Shown here in pieces: positions 9,482 to 18,539 of a stretch of 36,402 nucleotides of DNA. The position numbers and the translations under genes are program-made. This DNA comes from an uncultured bacterium (GTDB lineage: Bacteria; Patescibacteriota; Minisyncoccia; Phycocordibacterales; UBA2163): positions 1-36,402 of the forward strand of contig CAJWGW010000003.1 in assembly GCA_913041175.1 (NCBI GenBank), given 5' to 3'. The notes under the pieces were generated by a model, which saw nothing but the letters and a program-made list of their open reading frames with translations, ran no database searches and was not told the origin of the DNA. Numbering within the stretch: the stretch's first letter is position 1; each line of letters starts with the position of its first letter.

Positions 9482-9511
9482 AGTATATAAAAATACACAA
9501 GAAAAAGTCAA
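9482..9511 (-). promoter_or_regulatory. Sigma70-type promoter of the accessory operon
   Basis: TTGACT-N18-TATACT on - strand, about 40 nt before ATG 9442. Confidence 0.6.
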
Positions 9512-9532
9512 ATCAAAGTTGAGGGTGGGAGC

Positions 9533-9575
9533 AAAAAAATAAGGGGTTATCTAACATATAGCTAGATAACCCCTT
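9533..9575 (-). terminator. Intrinsic terminator downstream of the zinc-finger ORF
   Basis: 13-bp stem AAGGGGTTATCTA/TAGATAACCCCTT with a U-tract on - strand. Confidence 0.75.
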
Positions 9576-9581
9576 TATTAT

Positions 9582-9857
9582 TTACTTACAAGATATTAAA
9601 CCTTTCCGAAGAACCGGATTCCAGATTTTAATCTCACCAGCTCCTTTGCATTTCCAACATCGGTTGCATATTACTTTTTCGTTTTTGGACCAAATAGTCT
9701 TAGCTCCATTACACTTACCACATGACTGTCGGTAAAATGGATGTGTAAATCTGCCTGTTCCGTCACATTTTTTGCAATTAACAATTACTTTAGTACGTCT
9801 TTGTCTGAACTTACCTGTTCCATCACAAGCAAAACAGGAGCAACACGATAAATTAAT
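9582..9857 (-). pseudogene. DnaJ-type CxxCxGxG zinc-finger ORF lacking a canonical start (5'-truncated or AUU-initiated)
   Basis: Manual translation: INLSCCSCFACDGTGKFRQRRTKVIVNCKKCDGTGRFTHPFYRQSCGKCNGAKTIWSKNEKVICNRCWKCKGAGEIKIWNPVLRKGLISCK*. In-frame TAA two codons upstream of ATT 9857. Confidence 0.75.
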
Positions 9858-9871
9858 ATATTATCGTTAAC

Positions 9872-9900
9872 AAAAAGGCTACAGCAATGTAGCCTTTTTT
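9872..9900. terminator. Bidirectional terminator-like hairpin (orphan)
   Basis: AAAAAGGCTACA-GCAA-TGTAGCCTTTTT perfect stem with a GNRA loop. Confidence 0.7.
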
Positions 9901-9943
9901 ATATGGAAAAAGGTGCAGAAAAATGATATTGTTGCAATTATAT

Positions 9944-10030
9944 GGAGAGTTGGCTGAGTGGTCTAAAGCGCCTCACTGCTAACGAGGTAAGGGTTAAACC
10001 CCTTCGAGAGTTCGAATCTCTCACTCTCCG
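9944..10030 (+). tRNA. tRNA-Ser(GCT)
   Basis: GGAGAGT/ACTCTCC acceptor stem, G73, anticodon loop CTGCTAA, long variable arm, GTTCGAATC T-loop; CCA not encoded. Confidence 0.93.
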
Positions 10031-10106
10031 CATTAGTAACTCGTGACCGAATCCCCAAAACCCCCTATTTGACCCAAATACCTCAAATTTTGGTAGAATA
10101 GAACCT

Positions 10107-11162
10107 ATGGATAAAAAGATAGCCCAGATGTTTATAGTCGCCCTCCCCTACACCACGGACGAGAAGGAACTTTTTGAGACAGTGGAAAAATATATAGACA
10201 TCGGTGTCGGCGGACTTATGCTCGGTCTTGGTGGTAAATTACCGTTCGTAGAGACAAACAACATCACTGATATTAAAAAGTTAAAAGCTTTGACTGACAA
10301 ACTAAAGTCATTAGACCCAAATCTGTTTTTGGCAATTGACGGCGAGGGCGGAAAGATATTTAACCTTTTTAAAAACGCATCTGCGCTCAAATCCCAAAGA
10401 TATTACGGACTTGAATTTGAAAATTCAGGAAATACAAAGGAGTACGAGAAAGATTTGGATGAATATATAAAACTAATGCGCAAAGTTCATATCAATATGA
10501 ACTTTGCGCCTATTTTAGGCACTGCAAAGGAAGGATACAAAGGATACTTAAGCGAACACGACAGAGCATATTCTGACAAAGAAGAAACTGTGAAAAAATT
10601 AAGCGGAATTGCGATTAAAAAGATGAGTGAGAATGGGATTATCGCCGTGGGCAAACATTTCCCTGGATATGGTGGTATAGACGAAAACCCGCACTTGCAT
10701 CTTTCAAAACTTGAAGCTTACGACAAAAATGACCCGTTTGGCTTTGCAATAGGAAAGCTTGGTATAAACGCAATAATGAAAGGGCATGTCCTTTCGTCAA
10801 TTGATGAAGATATGCCCGCAACAATATCAGAGAAAGTTGAAAAATACTTGAGAAAGAGTTTAGGGTTCACAGGACTTGTGGTAACTGATGCGATTTTTAT
10901 GCATGGTTTGGGACACCATTATGAGAAATTTGGAGGAGATGGCAACTACACAAAAAGAGCGGTTAGTGTCGCCAAAACAAACGACATTATTCTTATGAGC
11001 TATCCTAAAGGAGCAAATGGTGAAATAGATATAAGTGCGCATGAGCATTTCCCAAGACTACATAAAGCAATAGTGGAGGAAGTTATGAAGGGCGAGATAG
11101 ATAAAAGTAAAATAGACGAATCATACGAGAGAATAATGAAACTAAAACGTGTTATAATGTAA
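10107..11162 (+). CDS. Glycoside hydrolase family 3, NagZ-like beta-N-acetylglucosaminidase
   Basis: AIDGEGG, INMNFAP, DRAYS, KHFPGYG, GFTGLVVTDA..M motifs; single TIM-barrel length. Confidence 0.85.
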   Translation: MDKKIAQMFIVALPYTTDEKELFETVEKYIDIGVGGLMLGLGGKLPFVETNNITDIKKLKALTDKLKSLDPNLFLAIDGEGGKIFNLFKNASALKSQRYYGLEFENSGNTKEYEKDLDEYIKLMRKVHINMNFAPILGTAKEGYKGYLSEHDRAYSDKEETVKKLSGIAIKKMSENGIIAVGKHFPGYGGIDENPHLHLSKLEAYDKNDPFGFAIGKLGINAIMKGHVLSSIDEDMPATISEKVEKYLRKSLGFTGLVVTDAIFMHGLGHHYEKFGGDGNYTKRAVSVAKTNDIILMSYPKGANGEIDISAHEHFPRLHKAIVEEVMKGEIDKSKIDESYERIMKLKRVIM

Positions 11163-11191
11163 TAATTACTAACTTAAATAATATTATTGAT

Positions 11192-11644
11192 ATGAAGGGA
11201 ATAATAACTATCATAATAATTATAATAATCATCGCCGTTGGATTCTTTTTACTTCAAGACGGGACCACAGAGGATGCCGGTACAGTAACAAATGAGATGA
11301 CCACAGAGGAAACTGGTGATACTGCAGATATGATTGTAGAGGATGAAGACACTGCTTTAGATACAACTGCAGAAGTTATTGTGGTTACATACACTAGTAG
11401 TGCGTTTTCACCAAAAGATATTGCAGTATCTGCCGGCCAGACAGTGCGGTTTGTAAATGAAAGTTCCGGCAATATGTGGGTGGCGTCGGATGAACATCCG
11501 ACGCATACGGTTCTGCCGGAGTTTGATAATAAGGAGTCTGTTGGGAACGGTGAGAATTATGAGTTTGTGTTCACAGAAACGGGTGAATGGAATTATCACA
11601 ACCACGTGAACCCAAGTGCGGTGGGAACGGTGACTGTTGAATAA
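11192..11644 (+). CDS. Membrane-anchored cupredoxin-fold protein
   Basis: Ile-rich TM, acidic linker, FSP..I.V.AGQTVRFVN, G.W.YHNH, GTVTVE. Confidence 0.85.
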   Translation: MKGIITIIIIIIIIAVGFFLLQDGTTEDAGTVTNEMTTEETGDTADMIVEDEDTALDTTAEVIVVTYTSSAFSPKDIAVSAGQTVRFVNESSGNMWVASDEHPTHTVLPEFDNKESVGNGENYEFVFTETGEWNYHNHVNPSAVGTVTVE

Positions 11645-11714
11645 CCTTGTTTACACCCAATACCGCAAAATGCTATTATTATGGCATTATTAACAGTGAT
11701 AATTTTCAATGTAC

Positions 11715-11900
11715 ATGAAAAGAATAATAACTATCATAATAATTATCATCATTATCGTCGCAGGTTTCTTGCTATTTAGAGACAATCCCGCAGATGATGC
11801 TGATACAACTACTACTACAGAAGAGGTAGTTGAGACGGAAGATACAGATACAGAAGACGATGCAGCGGCAGCAATAGAAGCAGTGGAAGCGGTAGAATAA
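11715..11900 (+). CDS. Small membrane-anchored acidic protein sharing its N-terminus with the upstream cupredoxin
   Basis: MKRIITIIIIIIIIVAGFLL versus MKGIITIIIIIIIIAVGFFLL; followed by a terminator. Confidence 0.65.
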   Translation: MKRIITIIIIIIIIVAGFLLFRDNPADDADTTTTTEEVVETEDTDTEDDAAAAIEAVEAVE

Positions 11901-11910
11901 ATTTACAATC

Positions 11911-11943
11911 AAAACCCCGCAGGCCAAAGGCCTGCGGGGTTTT
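11911..11943. terminator. Bidirectional intrinsic terminator
   Basis: AAAACCCCGCAGGCC-AAA-GGCCTGCGGGGTTTT perfect stem. Confidence 0.85.
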
Positions 11944-11962
11944 GTCTGTTATACTAAACCCT

Positions 11963-14119
11963 ATGCAACCAAATAACCCCTTAGAAAATCACTTCCGTTT
12001 AGCGCAATCACAAAAAAGTGCGCTTAAAAAGCTTGGTATTTTGACTATCCGAGACCTCCTTTTTCACTTCCCTTCTCGGTATGAAAATATTACTGGAAGC
12101 CTGCCTATAAGTTCTCTCAAAAAAGATGATGATACAATAATCTACGGCAAACTAAGTGGGCTTAAAACACGCAAATCCTTCAAAAGCAGGCGCCCTATTG
12201 CAGAAGGATATATTGAGGACAATACGGGAAAAATCAAAATCATCTGGTTCAACCAGCCATACATCGCAAAGATGTTGCGTAATGGCGCACTCGTAAAACT
12301 AAGCGGTAAAGTAACAGGTGATACAAAAAACTTATACATCGCAAACCCAGAAGCTGAATCCCTAGAAAACTTGCCTATCAATATCGGCGAATCGCTTTTC
12401 AGCAATTCTAAAAATATAAATACATTCCTACCTGTTTATCCTGAAAGTCGTGGTATTACTTCAAAATGGTTTTATCACAATATTCAAAAAATTTTTGCAA
12501 GCGGACTTCTGGATACAATGCAAGATGCTATACCAAATGAGATTCTAAAAAAATACAACCTTCCGACACTCAAAACCGCTCTAATCTGGATTCATACGCC
12601 GAAGACGCAAGCAGATAGTCAGTCAGCACGAAAACGGTTTGCATTTGCAGAAGTTTTCTTCATTCAGATTTCAAAACAAAGAGACCGCAAAGAATATGAA
12701 AAGAAAAAGTCGTTTTCTATAAAAACAGATAAAAAAGATGTAAAAGAATTTATGGAAAGATTCCCTTTCTCCGCAACCAAATCGCAAAATGAAGCAATAG
12801 AAAGTATCTTAAAAGATTTTGAAGGCAAGCACGCAATGTCACGACTCCTTGAGGGAGATGTCGGCTCTGGTAAAACTGCCGTCGCCGCAACTGTTGTGCA
12901 TGCTGTTACAACCACGCGTCCCGAAGGACAGGACTTTGGCAATCTTCAGACCGCATATATGGTACCGACGGAAATCCTAGCAAAACAACATTTTGAGACA
13001 TTTATACAATACTTTTCACACTTACCAATCAAAATTGGTCTCATAACTTCAAGCGGTTGCAAGAAATTCCCCTCTAAAGTGAGCTCAGATGGCGCTACTA
13101 ATATATCCCGCACGCAACTCCTAAAATGGGTCGCAAATGGCGAGATTCCAATCCTTATCGGCACTCACTCCCTCATCCAAAAGACGGTGAACTTTGAAAA
13201 TTTGGCGTTTATAATAATAGACGAGCAACACCGTTTTGGCACAGCCCAGAGACAAAAATTAACAAGAAAGGACGATATAGCCCCTCACCTGTTATCAATG
13301 ACAGCAACACCAATTCCAAGAACGCTCGCCTTGACCATTTATGGCGATTTAGATTTGACTGTACTTGATGAGATGCCAAAGGGGCGAAAACCGATAATCA
13401 CAGAGATAGTAACGCCAAAGGGTCGCGATAAAATATATGAGAAAGTGTGCGAAGAATTAAAATCAGGCAGGCAAGCTTATGTGATAACTCCAAGGATTGA
13501 CGAGCCGGATTTAACAAAAGAAAAAGCAATCAATGCAAAGTCAGTAAAAGAAGAAGCTAAGCGACTTAAGAAAGATATTTTTCCCGAGTATGAAATAGAG
13601 ATTCTTCACAGCAAGATGAAAGCAAGTGAGAAAGAAGAAGTGATGGAGAGATTTACAAAAAACAAAACTCAAATTCTTGTTGCAACTTCCGTGGTTGAGG
13701 TCGGAGTAAATGTACCAAACGCTACTGTGATAATTATTGAAGGTGCGGAGCGCTTTGGACTGGCACAACTCCACCAGCTCCGTGGACGAGTGATAAGAAG
13801 TAACCACCAAGCGTATGCTTATGTATTTTCAGACAGCAGAACGGCAAAAACAAATGAAAGATTAAAAGCGCTCAAAAGTGCAAAGAACGGTTTTGAACTC
13901 GCAGAGTTTGATTTGGGAATCCGTGGTTCAGGTGAGCTCTACGGCAAGCGCCAGTCGGGGCTTTCCGACATTGCGATGGAAGCAATGAAAAATATTAAAA
14001 TGGTAGAAGCCGCACGAGAAGAGGCAAAAGAAATAGTAGAGAAAGATAACAACCTTGAAAAATATCCCGAAATTATGGAGATAATAAAGCGCAGAACGAA
14101 AGACATTCACTTTGAGTAA
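11963..14119 (+). CDS. recG: ATP-dependent DNA helicase RecG
   Basis: LLFHFPSRY, OB-fold WFNQPY, RLLEGDVGSGKT, IIDEQHRFG, MTATPIPRTL, AERFGLAQLHQLRGRV. ATG 11963 chosen because the TTG at 11942 lies in the terminator. Confidence 0.97.
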   Translation: MQPNNPLENHFRLAQSQKSALKKLGILTIRDLLFHFPSRYENITGSLPISSLKKDDDTIIYGKLSGLKTRKSFKSRRPIAEGYIEDNTGKIKIIWFNQPYIAKMLRNGALVKLSGKVTGDTKNLYIANPEAESLENLPINIGESLFSNSKNINTFLPVYPESRGITSKWFYHNIQKIFASGLLDTMQDAIPNEILKKYNLPTLKTALIWIHTPKTQADSQSARKRFAFAEVFFIQISKQRDRKEYEKKKSFSIKTDKKDVKEFMERFPFSATKSQNEAIESILKDFEGKHAMSRLLEGDVGSGKTAVAATVVHAVTTTRPEGQDFGNLQTAYMVPTEILAKQHFETFIQYFSHLPIKIGLITSSGCKKFPSKVSSDGATNISRTQLLKWVANGEIPILIGTHSLIQKTVNFENLAFIIIDEQHRFGTAQRQKLTRKDDIAPHLLSMTATPIPRTLALTIYGDLDLTVLDEMPKGRKPIITEIVTPKGRDKIYEKVCEELKSGRQAYVITPRIDEPDLTKEKAINAKSVKEEAKRLKKDIFPEYEIEILHSKMKASEKEEVMERFTKNKTQILVATSVVEVGVNVPNATVIIIEGAERFGLAQLHQLRGRVIRSNHQAYAYVFSDSRTAKTNERLKALKSAKNGFELAEFDLGIRGSGELYGKRQSGLSDIAMEAMKNIKMVEAAREEAKEIVEKDNNLEKYPEIMEIIKRRTKDIHFE

Positions 14120-14120
14120 T

Positions 14121-14196
14121 TGGTGCGCGCGCTAGGACTCGAACCTAGGACCACGAAGGTATAAGCTTCGCGCTCTACCAACTGAGCTACACGCGC
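14121..14196 (-). tRNA. tRNA-Ile(TAT)
   Basis: GCGCGTG-TA-GCTC AGTTGGTA GAGC-G-CGAAG CTTATAC CTTCG-TGGTC-CTAGG TTCGAGT CCTAG-CGCGCGC-A-CCA: complete cloverleaf, anticodon TAT, CCA encoded. Confidence 0.92.
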
Positions 14197-14229
14197 ATTT
14201 ATTTATATTTTATAGCACAAAATACGCTA

Positions 14230-16164
14230 TTATTCACTATGTTCTATATCTTGCTTTTTCTTTGGAGTAATGCTGTTTAAGAGAAGTAGTTTTTCAAACT
14301 CATCGCGTTCAATTGTTTCAACTTCAACAAGTTTCTTTGCAATTGAATCAAGCGCTTTTCTGTGAGTCTTTAGAATATGTTCCGCGCTTCTGTGAGCATG
14401 GTCTATTATGTAAGTTACTTCAGCATCTATCTCCGCTGATACTTTTTCAGAGTGTTTTTTATCCGCTATTCCTATACCAAACATTGTTCGTCCATTGTCC
14501 CCTTCAAGTGCAACAGGACCCATCTTCTCGGACATTCCGTATTTTGTAACCATATTTCGCGCAAGCGCAGTTAATACTTGCAAGTCATTTGATGCGCCTG
14601 TCGTAAGGTCATCAAATATCATTTTCTCTGCCAAGTATCCACCGAGTGAAACCGCAATGTCATCAATGAATTCTTTCTTTGACTGCATTCTCCTGTCTTC
14701 AAACGGAAGTTTAAGTGTGTATCCTGCAGCTCGCCCTCGAGATATTATAGAAATCTTGTGCACGGGGTCAGCGTAAGGCAGAACAGAAGCGACGAGTGCA
14801 TGTCCTGCTTCGTGATACGCTGTTATTTCCTTTTCGCGTTTTGAGAGAATGTGGCTCTTACGCTCAGGCCCGAGCATAACTTTTTCAATTGAACGAACGA
14901 AATCAAATTGCGATACTTGTTTTCTTTCCTCTCTCGCTGCCAAAATCGCAGCTTCGTTCACTAGTGAGTAAAGGTCCGCTCCAGAGAATCCGGGAGTACG
15001 CTCTGCAATAGTTGTAAAGTTTACATCCTCGCCTAACGGCTTCTTACGCGCGTGGATTTTAAGTATATCTTCTCTGTCTTTACGGTCAGGCAGGTCTATA
15101 ACTACCCTTCTGTCAAAACGCCCAGGACGCAAAAGCGCTGGGTCAAGCACGTCCGGTCTGTTGGTTGCAGCCATCACTATCACCTTTTCATTTGGCTCAA
15201 AACCGTCCATCTCCACAAGTATTTGGTTGAGTGTTTGTTCTCGCTCGTCATTGCCACCTCCTGCACCTACTCCTCTTACTCGCCCTACTGCGTCAATCTC
15301 ATCTACAAAAATTATCGCCGGCGCTGTTTTCTTTGCAAGTTTAAACAAATCACGCACACGCGATGCTCCAACTCCAACAAACATTTCCACGAACTCCGAA
15401 CCAGAAATTGAGAAGAACGGCACACTCGCCTCGCCGGCGACGGCGCGCGCAAGTAAAGTCTTACCAGTTCCGGGCGCGCCCATAAGTACGATACCTTTAG
15501 GAATGCGCGCGCCTATATCTAAGAATTTTTTAGGGTTCTTAAGAAAATCAACAATTTCCAAAAGTTCTTGTTTTGCTTCCTTTGCACCTGCAACGTCATT
15601 AAATGTTATACGTTGTGTTTTGTCTTTTGGGTCAATCATTCTTGCTTTGGACTGCCCAAAGGAGAACGCCTGCATACCCGCGCCTTTGACCTGTCTAGAG
15701 AGAAACCAGATGAAAAATACAATAAAGAGAAGCGGGATAAGAAACGGCGCGAGATTGCCAAGCCAGAAAAGAAAACCGCTTGGATTTTTGATTTCAATTT
15801 TTACATCTTTAAGCTCTTCTAAAGATACACCATAATTTACAAGAGTGTCAGTGAGTGCGGTACCTGATTCTTTTTTTGATTTTTGTTCTGTGCTGTCAGT
15901 GTAGAGAATCTCAAGCTCTTCGCCTTTGACTACAATTTCAGAGACTAACCTCTCATTTATCTGAAGAGCTAATTGTGAAATAGCTATTTTTTCTTGCTTT
16001 GTACCATTCTCAGCAATGAGAGAATACGCCCCTATTATTATGAAAAATATGAGAAGTGTTACAAGGATATTCTGCCACAAGGACTTACCAAGTGACTGTT
16101 TGAGTCCCTTTTTACCGCCCTTTTTTGGGGCTTTTAGATGATTGTACTTTTTGTTGTTTGGCAT
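14230..16164 (-). CDS. ftsH: ATP-dependent zinc metalloprotease FtsH
   Basis: Two TMs, [34 protein letters not shown]. Confidence 0.98.
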   Translation of the reverse strand: MPNNKKYNHLKAPKKGGKKGLKQSLGKSLWQNILVTLLIFFIIIGAYSLIAENGTKQEKIAISQLALQINERLVSEIVVKGEELEILYTDSTEQKSKKESGTALTDTLVNYGVSLEELKDVKIEIKNPSGFLFWLGNLAPFLIPLLFIVFFIWFLSRQVKGAGMQAFSFGQSKARMIDPKDKTQRITFNDVAGAKEAKQELLEIVDFLKNPKKFLDIGARIPKGIVLMGAPGTGKTLLARAVAGEASVPFFSISGSEFVEMFVGVGASRVRDLFKLAKKTAPAIIFVDEIDAVGRVRGVGAGGGNDEREQTLNQILVEMDGFEPNEKVIVMAATNRPDVLDPALLRPGRFDRRVVIDLPDRKDREDILKIHARKKPLGEDVNFTTIAERTPGFSGADLYSLVNEAAILAAREERKQVSQFDFVRSIEKVMLGPERKSHILSKREKEITAYHEAGHALVASVLPYADPVHKISIISRGRAAGYTLKLPFEDRRMQSKKEFIDDIAVSLGGYLAEKMIFDDLTTGASNDLQVLTALARNMVTKYGMSEKMGPVALEGDNGRTMFGIGIADKKHSEKVSAEIDAEVTYIIDHAHRSAEHILKTHRKALDSIAKKLVEVETIERDEFEKLLLLNSITPKKKQDIEHSE

Positions 16165-16191
16165 GCTAAATACGTGTTTTATTTTTTATTG

Positions 16192-16563
16192 TGGAGACGG
16201 CGAAAATTGAATCCGCGTGCAAAGAAAGAATTTAAATGATTCTACAAAACATAGTCAACTTTAGGATTTCAGCATGTGGGCTTAAAAGAAGACAAAATAC
16301 CCATACGCCAATTCTCTTGATTTCGGAAGCGCGCCGAGACGCTCGCTTTTCCTAGTTTGAAATTATTACACCCGAATCTGCTTATCAAACTTGGGCAGAT
16401 CAGACGCCGGCTTAGGCTATTGCGTAAGCTGGAGTAAGAGAAGCAAAAGCTCCTTTTACTTTAGAGATAACGTTTGCACGTATCTTTTCGAAATTTTAAG
16501 GAAGATTCCGACTTCCGTTTTGCACATATAAATTACATTCCCTTGTCGAGGCCTGTCATCCCC
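16192..16563 (-). ncRNA. ssrA: tmRNA; tag ANVISKVKGAFASLTPAYAIA* (16477-16412)
   Basis: 5' GGGGATG pairs with 3' CGTCTCC-A with G3.U70; T-arm GCGGA-TTCAATT-TTCGC; internal GCA resume codon ORF; directly downstream of smpB. Confidence 0.93.
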
Positions 16564-16608
16564 CTGAAAAAAACCTCAAAAGATACTCTGAGGCATTCTT
16601 TAGGGGGA

Positions 16609-17064
16609 CTATAATGCAATGTTTTGTTTCAATGAACGTTTAAGATCTCTTTCGGTGTCTTTCTTTTTTATTGTTTCGCGCTTGTCGTATTTCTTTTTTC
16701 CTTTTGCAACACCGATTTCAACTTTTATCTTCGCTCTTTTACTATACACTAAAACTGGCACTATTGTCAACCCTTTTTGTTTTTCAAATAGAGAGAGACG
16801 AGCTATCTCTTTTTTACTCAAAAGTAGCCGACGGTTCCGCTCAGGGTCATAATCTTTCGGAGTATTTGCGGGCTGATACGGTGGTATCGTAACGCCCACA
16901 AGGAACGCCTCACCTCCCCTAACTATCACATGCGCTCCCTCAAGCGAGCCCTGCCCCCCTCGGAGTGATTTGACTTCAAAACCAAAAAGCTCCATTCCTG
17001 CCTCGAATGTTTCAGTAACTTCATAGTTGAAGCGTGCTTTTTTATTTTTTATCAATACTGTCAT
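16609..17064 (-). CDS. smpB: SsrA-binding protein SmpB
   Basis: NKKARFNY, EAGMEL.G.EVKS, R.RRLLL.KKEI, KGKKKYDKRE. Confidence 0.97.
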   Translation of the reverse strand: MTVLIKNKKARFNYEVTETFEAGMELFGFEVKSLRGGQGSLEGAHVIVRGGEAFLVGVTIPPYQPANTPKDYDPERNRRLLLSKKEIARLSLFEKQKGLTIVPVLVYSKRAKIKVEIGVAKGKKKYDKRETIKKKDTERDLKRSLKQNIAL

Positions 17065-17107
17065 TAATGTCATATTAGCATGCACAAGCACAGAAAAGAA
17101 ATTCTCC

Positions 17108-17136
17108 TTGACATCAGAAAAAGTTTGTGATAATCT
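17108..17136 (+). promoter_or_regulatory. Sigma70-type promoter of a single-gene cassette
   Basis: TTGACA-N17-TAATCT with an extended TG; boxA-like GTTCTTTTA at 17153-17161. Confidence 0.65.
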
Positions 17137-17198
17137 AATGGCTCATTGAATAGTTCTTTTATATTTATATTTCTGAAATTTCATGAAAGGAAATGAAT

Positions 17199-17417
17199 AT
17201 GTGCACCGCTGTTCCTGAAAAACAACTGGAAGTATTGTGTGGTTGTGAAGATTCATTTTGTCCTCTTTTCAAAAACTTGTCAGAAAAAGAAATGATGGAA
17301 CTGGAAATAATAGGCTATGAAACAGATTGTTTTATCATTATTGACAGTTGTGAGACTGGAGCACCTGATATAAGTAAACTTATATCAGAGAGAGGTGAAT
17401 ATACAATCTACGAATAA
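17199..17417 (+). CDS. Small acidic Cys-containing hypothetical protein
   Basis: ORF between its own promoter and terminator; AAAGGA upstream is better spaced to ATG 17199 than to 17193. Confidence 0.6.
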   Translation: MCTAVPEKQLEVLCGCEDSFCPLFKNLSEKEMMELEIIGYETDCFIIIDSCETGAPDISKLISERGEYTIYE

Positions 17418-17421
17418 TTTT

Positions 17422-17456
17422 ATAAAGCCGCTAATCTTAAAAGATAGCGGCTTTAT
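17422..17456 (+). terminator. Intrinsic terminator
   Basis: ATAAAGCCGCTA...TAGCGGCTTTAT stem right after the stop codon. Confidence 0.75.
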
Positions 17457-17491
17457 TGTATCAAACACAGTGATATGCTATAATTTTCCCA

Positions 17492-18004
17492 TTGATAGAA
17501 AAAGTAAGAATTAACAAAAGCATACTGGCAAAAGAATTAAGAGTTATGGGCGCCGATGGCGCTAATTTAGGTGTTATTTCAAAAGACGAAGCGCTAAGAC
17601 AAGCAGAGACCGCGGGTCTTGACCTCATTGAAATATCTCCCAAAGCCAACCCCCCTGTTGCAAAAATAATGGATTATGGTAAATTTCAGTACGAGCAGAA
17701 GAAAAAACAAAAGGAAATAAAGGCTAAATCTCACACCACAGAGACTAAAAACATTCAGATAAAGATGGGTACAGGAGAGCATGACCTTTCTCTCAAATCA
17801 AAAAGAATTTCCGAGTGGCTTAAAGAGGGACACAGAGTAAAGATTGACTTGTTTCTCTTTGGAAGATATAAGTATATGGAATTCAATTTCCTAAAGGAAC
17901 GTCTAGAGAAATTCTTAACACTTATTACAGAAGAATACAAAGTAGCAGAGGCAGTCAAAAAGAGCCCTAAAGGATTGACTACAGTTATAGAAAAAACAAA
18001 ATGA
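17492..18004 (+). CDS. infC: Translation initiation factor IF-3
   Basis: RIN..I...ELRV, GLDLIEISPKANPPVAKIMDYGKF; non-AUG start (TTG, or ATA at 17495). Confidence 0.96.
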   Translation: MIEKVRINKSILAKELRVMGADGANLGVISKDEALRQAETAGLDLIEISPKANPPVAKIMDYGKFQYEQKKKQKEIKAKSHTTETKNIQIKMGTGEHDLSLKSKRISEWLKEGHRVKIDLFLFGRYKYMEFNFLKERLEKFLTLITEEYKVAEAVKKSPKGLTTVIEKTK

Positions 18005-18183
18005 AAACCAAAAAAATATTTACAAAAAGATTAAAAGTGACCAAGAAAGGAAAGGTACTTGCAAGAGTCCCAGGCCAGAATCATTTTAATGCTAAAGAAT
18101 CAAGTTCAAAAAGAATGGCTCGAAGGAGAGTTGTTTCATTTGGTATGACAAACAGAGTCAAAAGCAGACAATTAAGTAATTAA
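18001..18183 (+). CDS. rpmI: 50S ribosomal protein L35
   Basis: MKT.K...KR.KVTKKGK...H; lies between infC and rplT. Confidence 0.9.
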   Translation: MKTKKIFTKRLKVTKKGKVLARVPGQNHFNAKESSSKRMARRRVVSFGMTNRVKSRQLSN

Positions 18184-18185
18184 AT

Positions 18186-18539
18186 ATGGCACGAGTAAAA
18201 AGAGGAACAACAAAATCCAAAAGTCGTAAAAACGTTCTTAAGAAAACGAAGGGTTATCGTCATGGCCGTTCTACAAAAAAGAAGCAAGCGCATGAAGCTA
18301 TAATGCACGCTGGCACTCACTCATTCACACACAGAAGAGATAAGAAAAACGACTTTAGACGACTTTGGAATATTAAAATAAATGCAGGAGCTCGCTCAAG
18401 TAAAGAAAACCCTATTTCATACAGTAAGTTTATCGGGGCACTGAAGAAAAACAAAATTGACTTGGACAGAAAAATTCTCGCAGATATTGCGGAAAATAAT
18501 TCGGAAAGTTTTGAAAGAATTGTAAAAAAGGTTATTTAA
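18186..18539 (+). CDS. rplT: 50S ribosomal protein L20
   Basis: MARVKRG, KGY, FRRLW..KINA, SYSKFI, LDRKILADIA. Confidence 0.97.
   Translation: MARVKRGTTKSKSRKNVLKKTKGYRHGRSTKKKQAHEAIMHAGTHSFTHRRDKKNDFRRLWNIKINAGARSSKENPISYSKFIGALKKNKIDLDRKILADIAENNSESFERIVKKVI

Noticed and set aside
8955-9900. Integron attC array explaining the cassettes
   Set aside because: The hairpins lack RYYYAAC/GTTRRRY ends, the cassettes have their own promoters and mixed orientations, and no integrase is present.
9944-16563. Prophage or island integrated at tRNA-Ser, tRNA-Ile or ssrA
   Set aside because: No integrase and no duplicated 3' end (att repeat) seen in the window.
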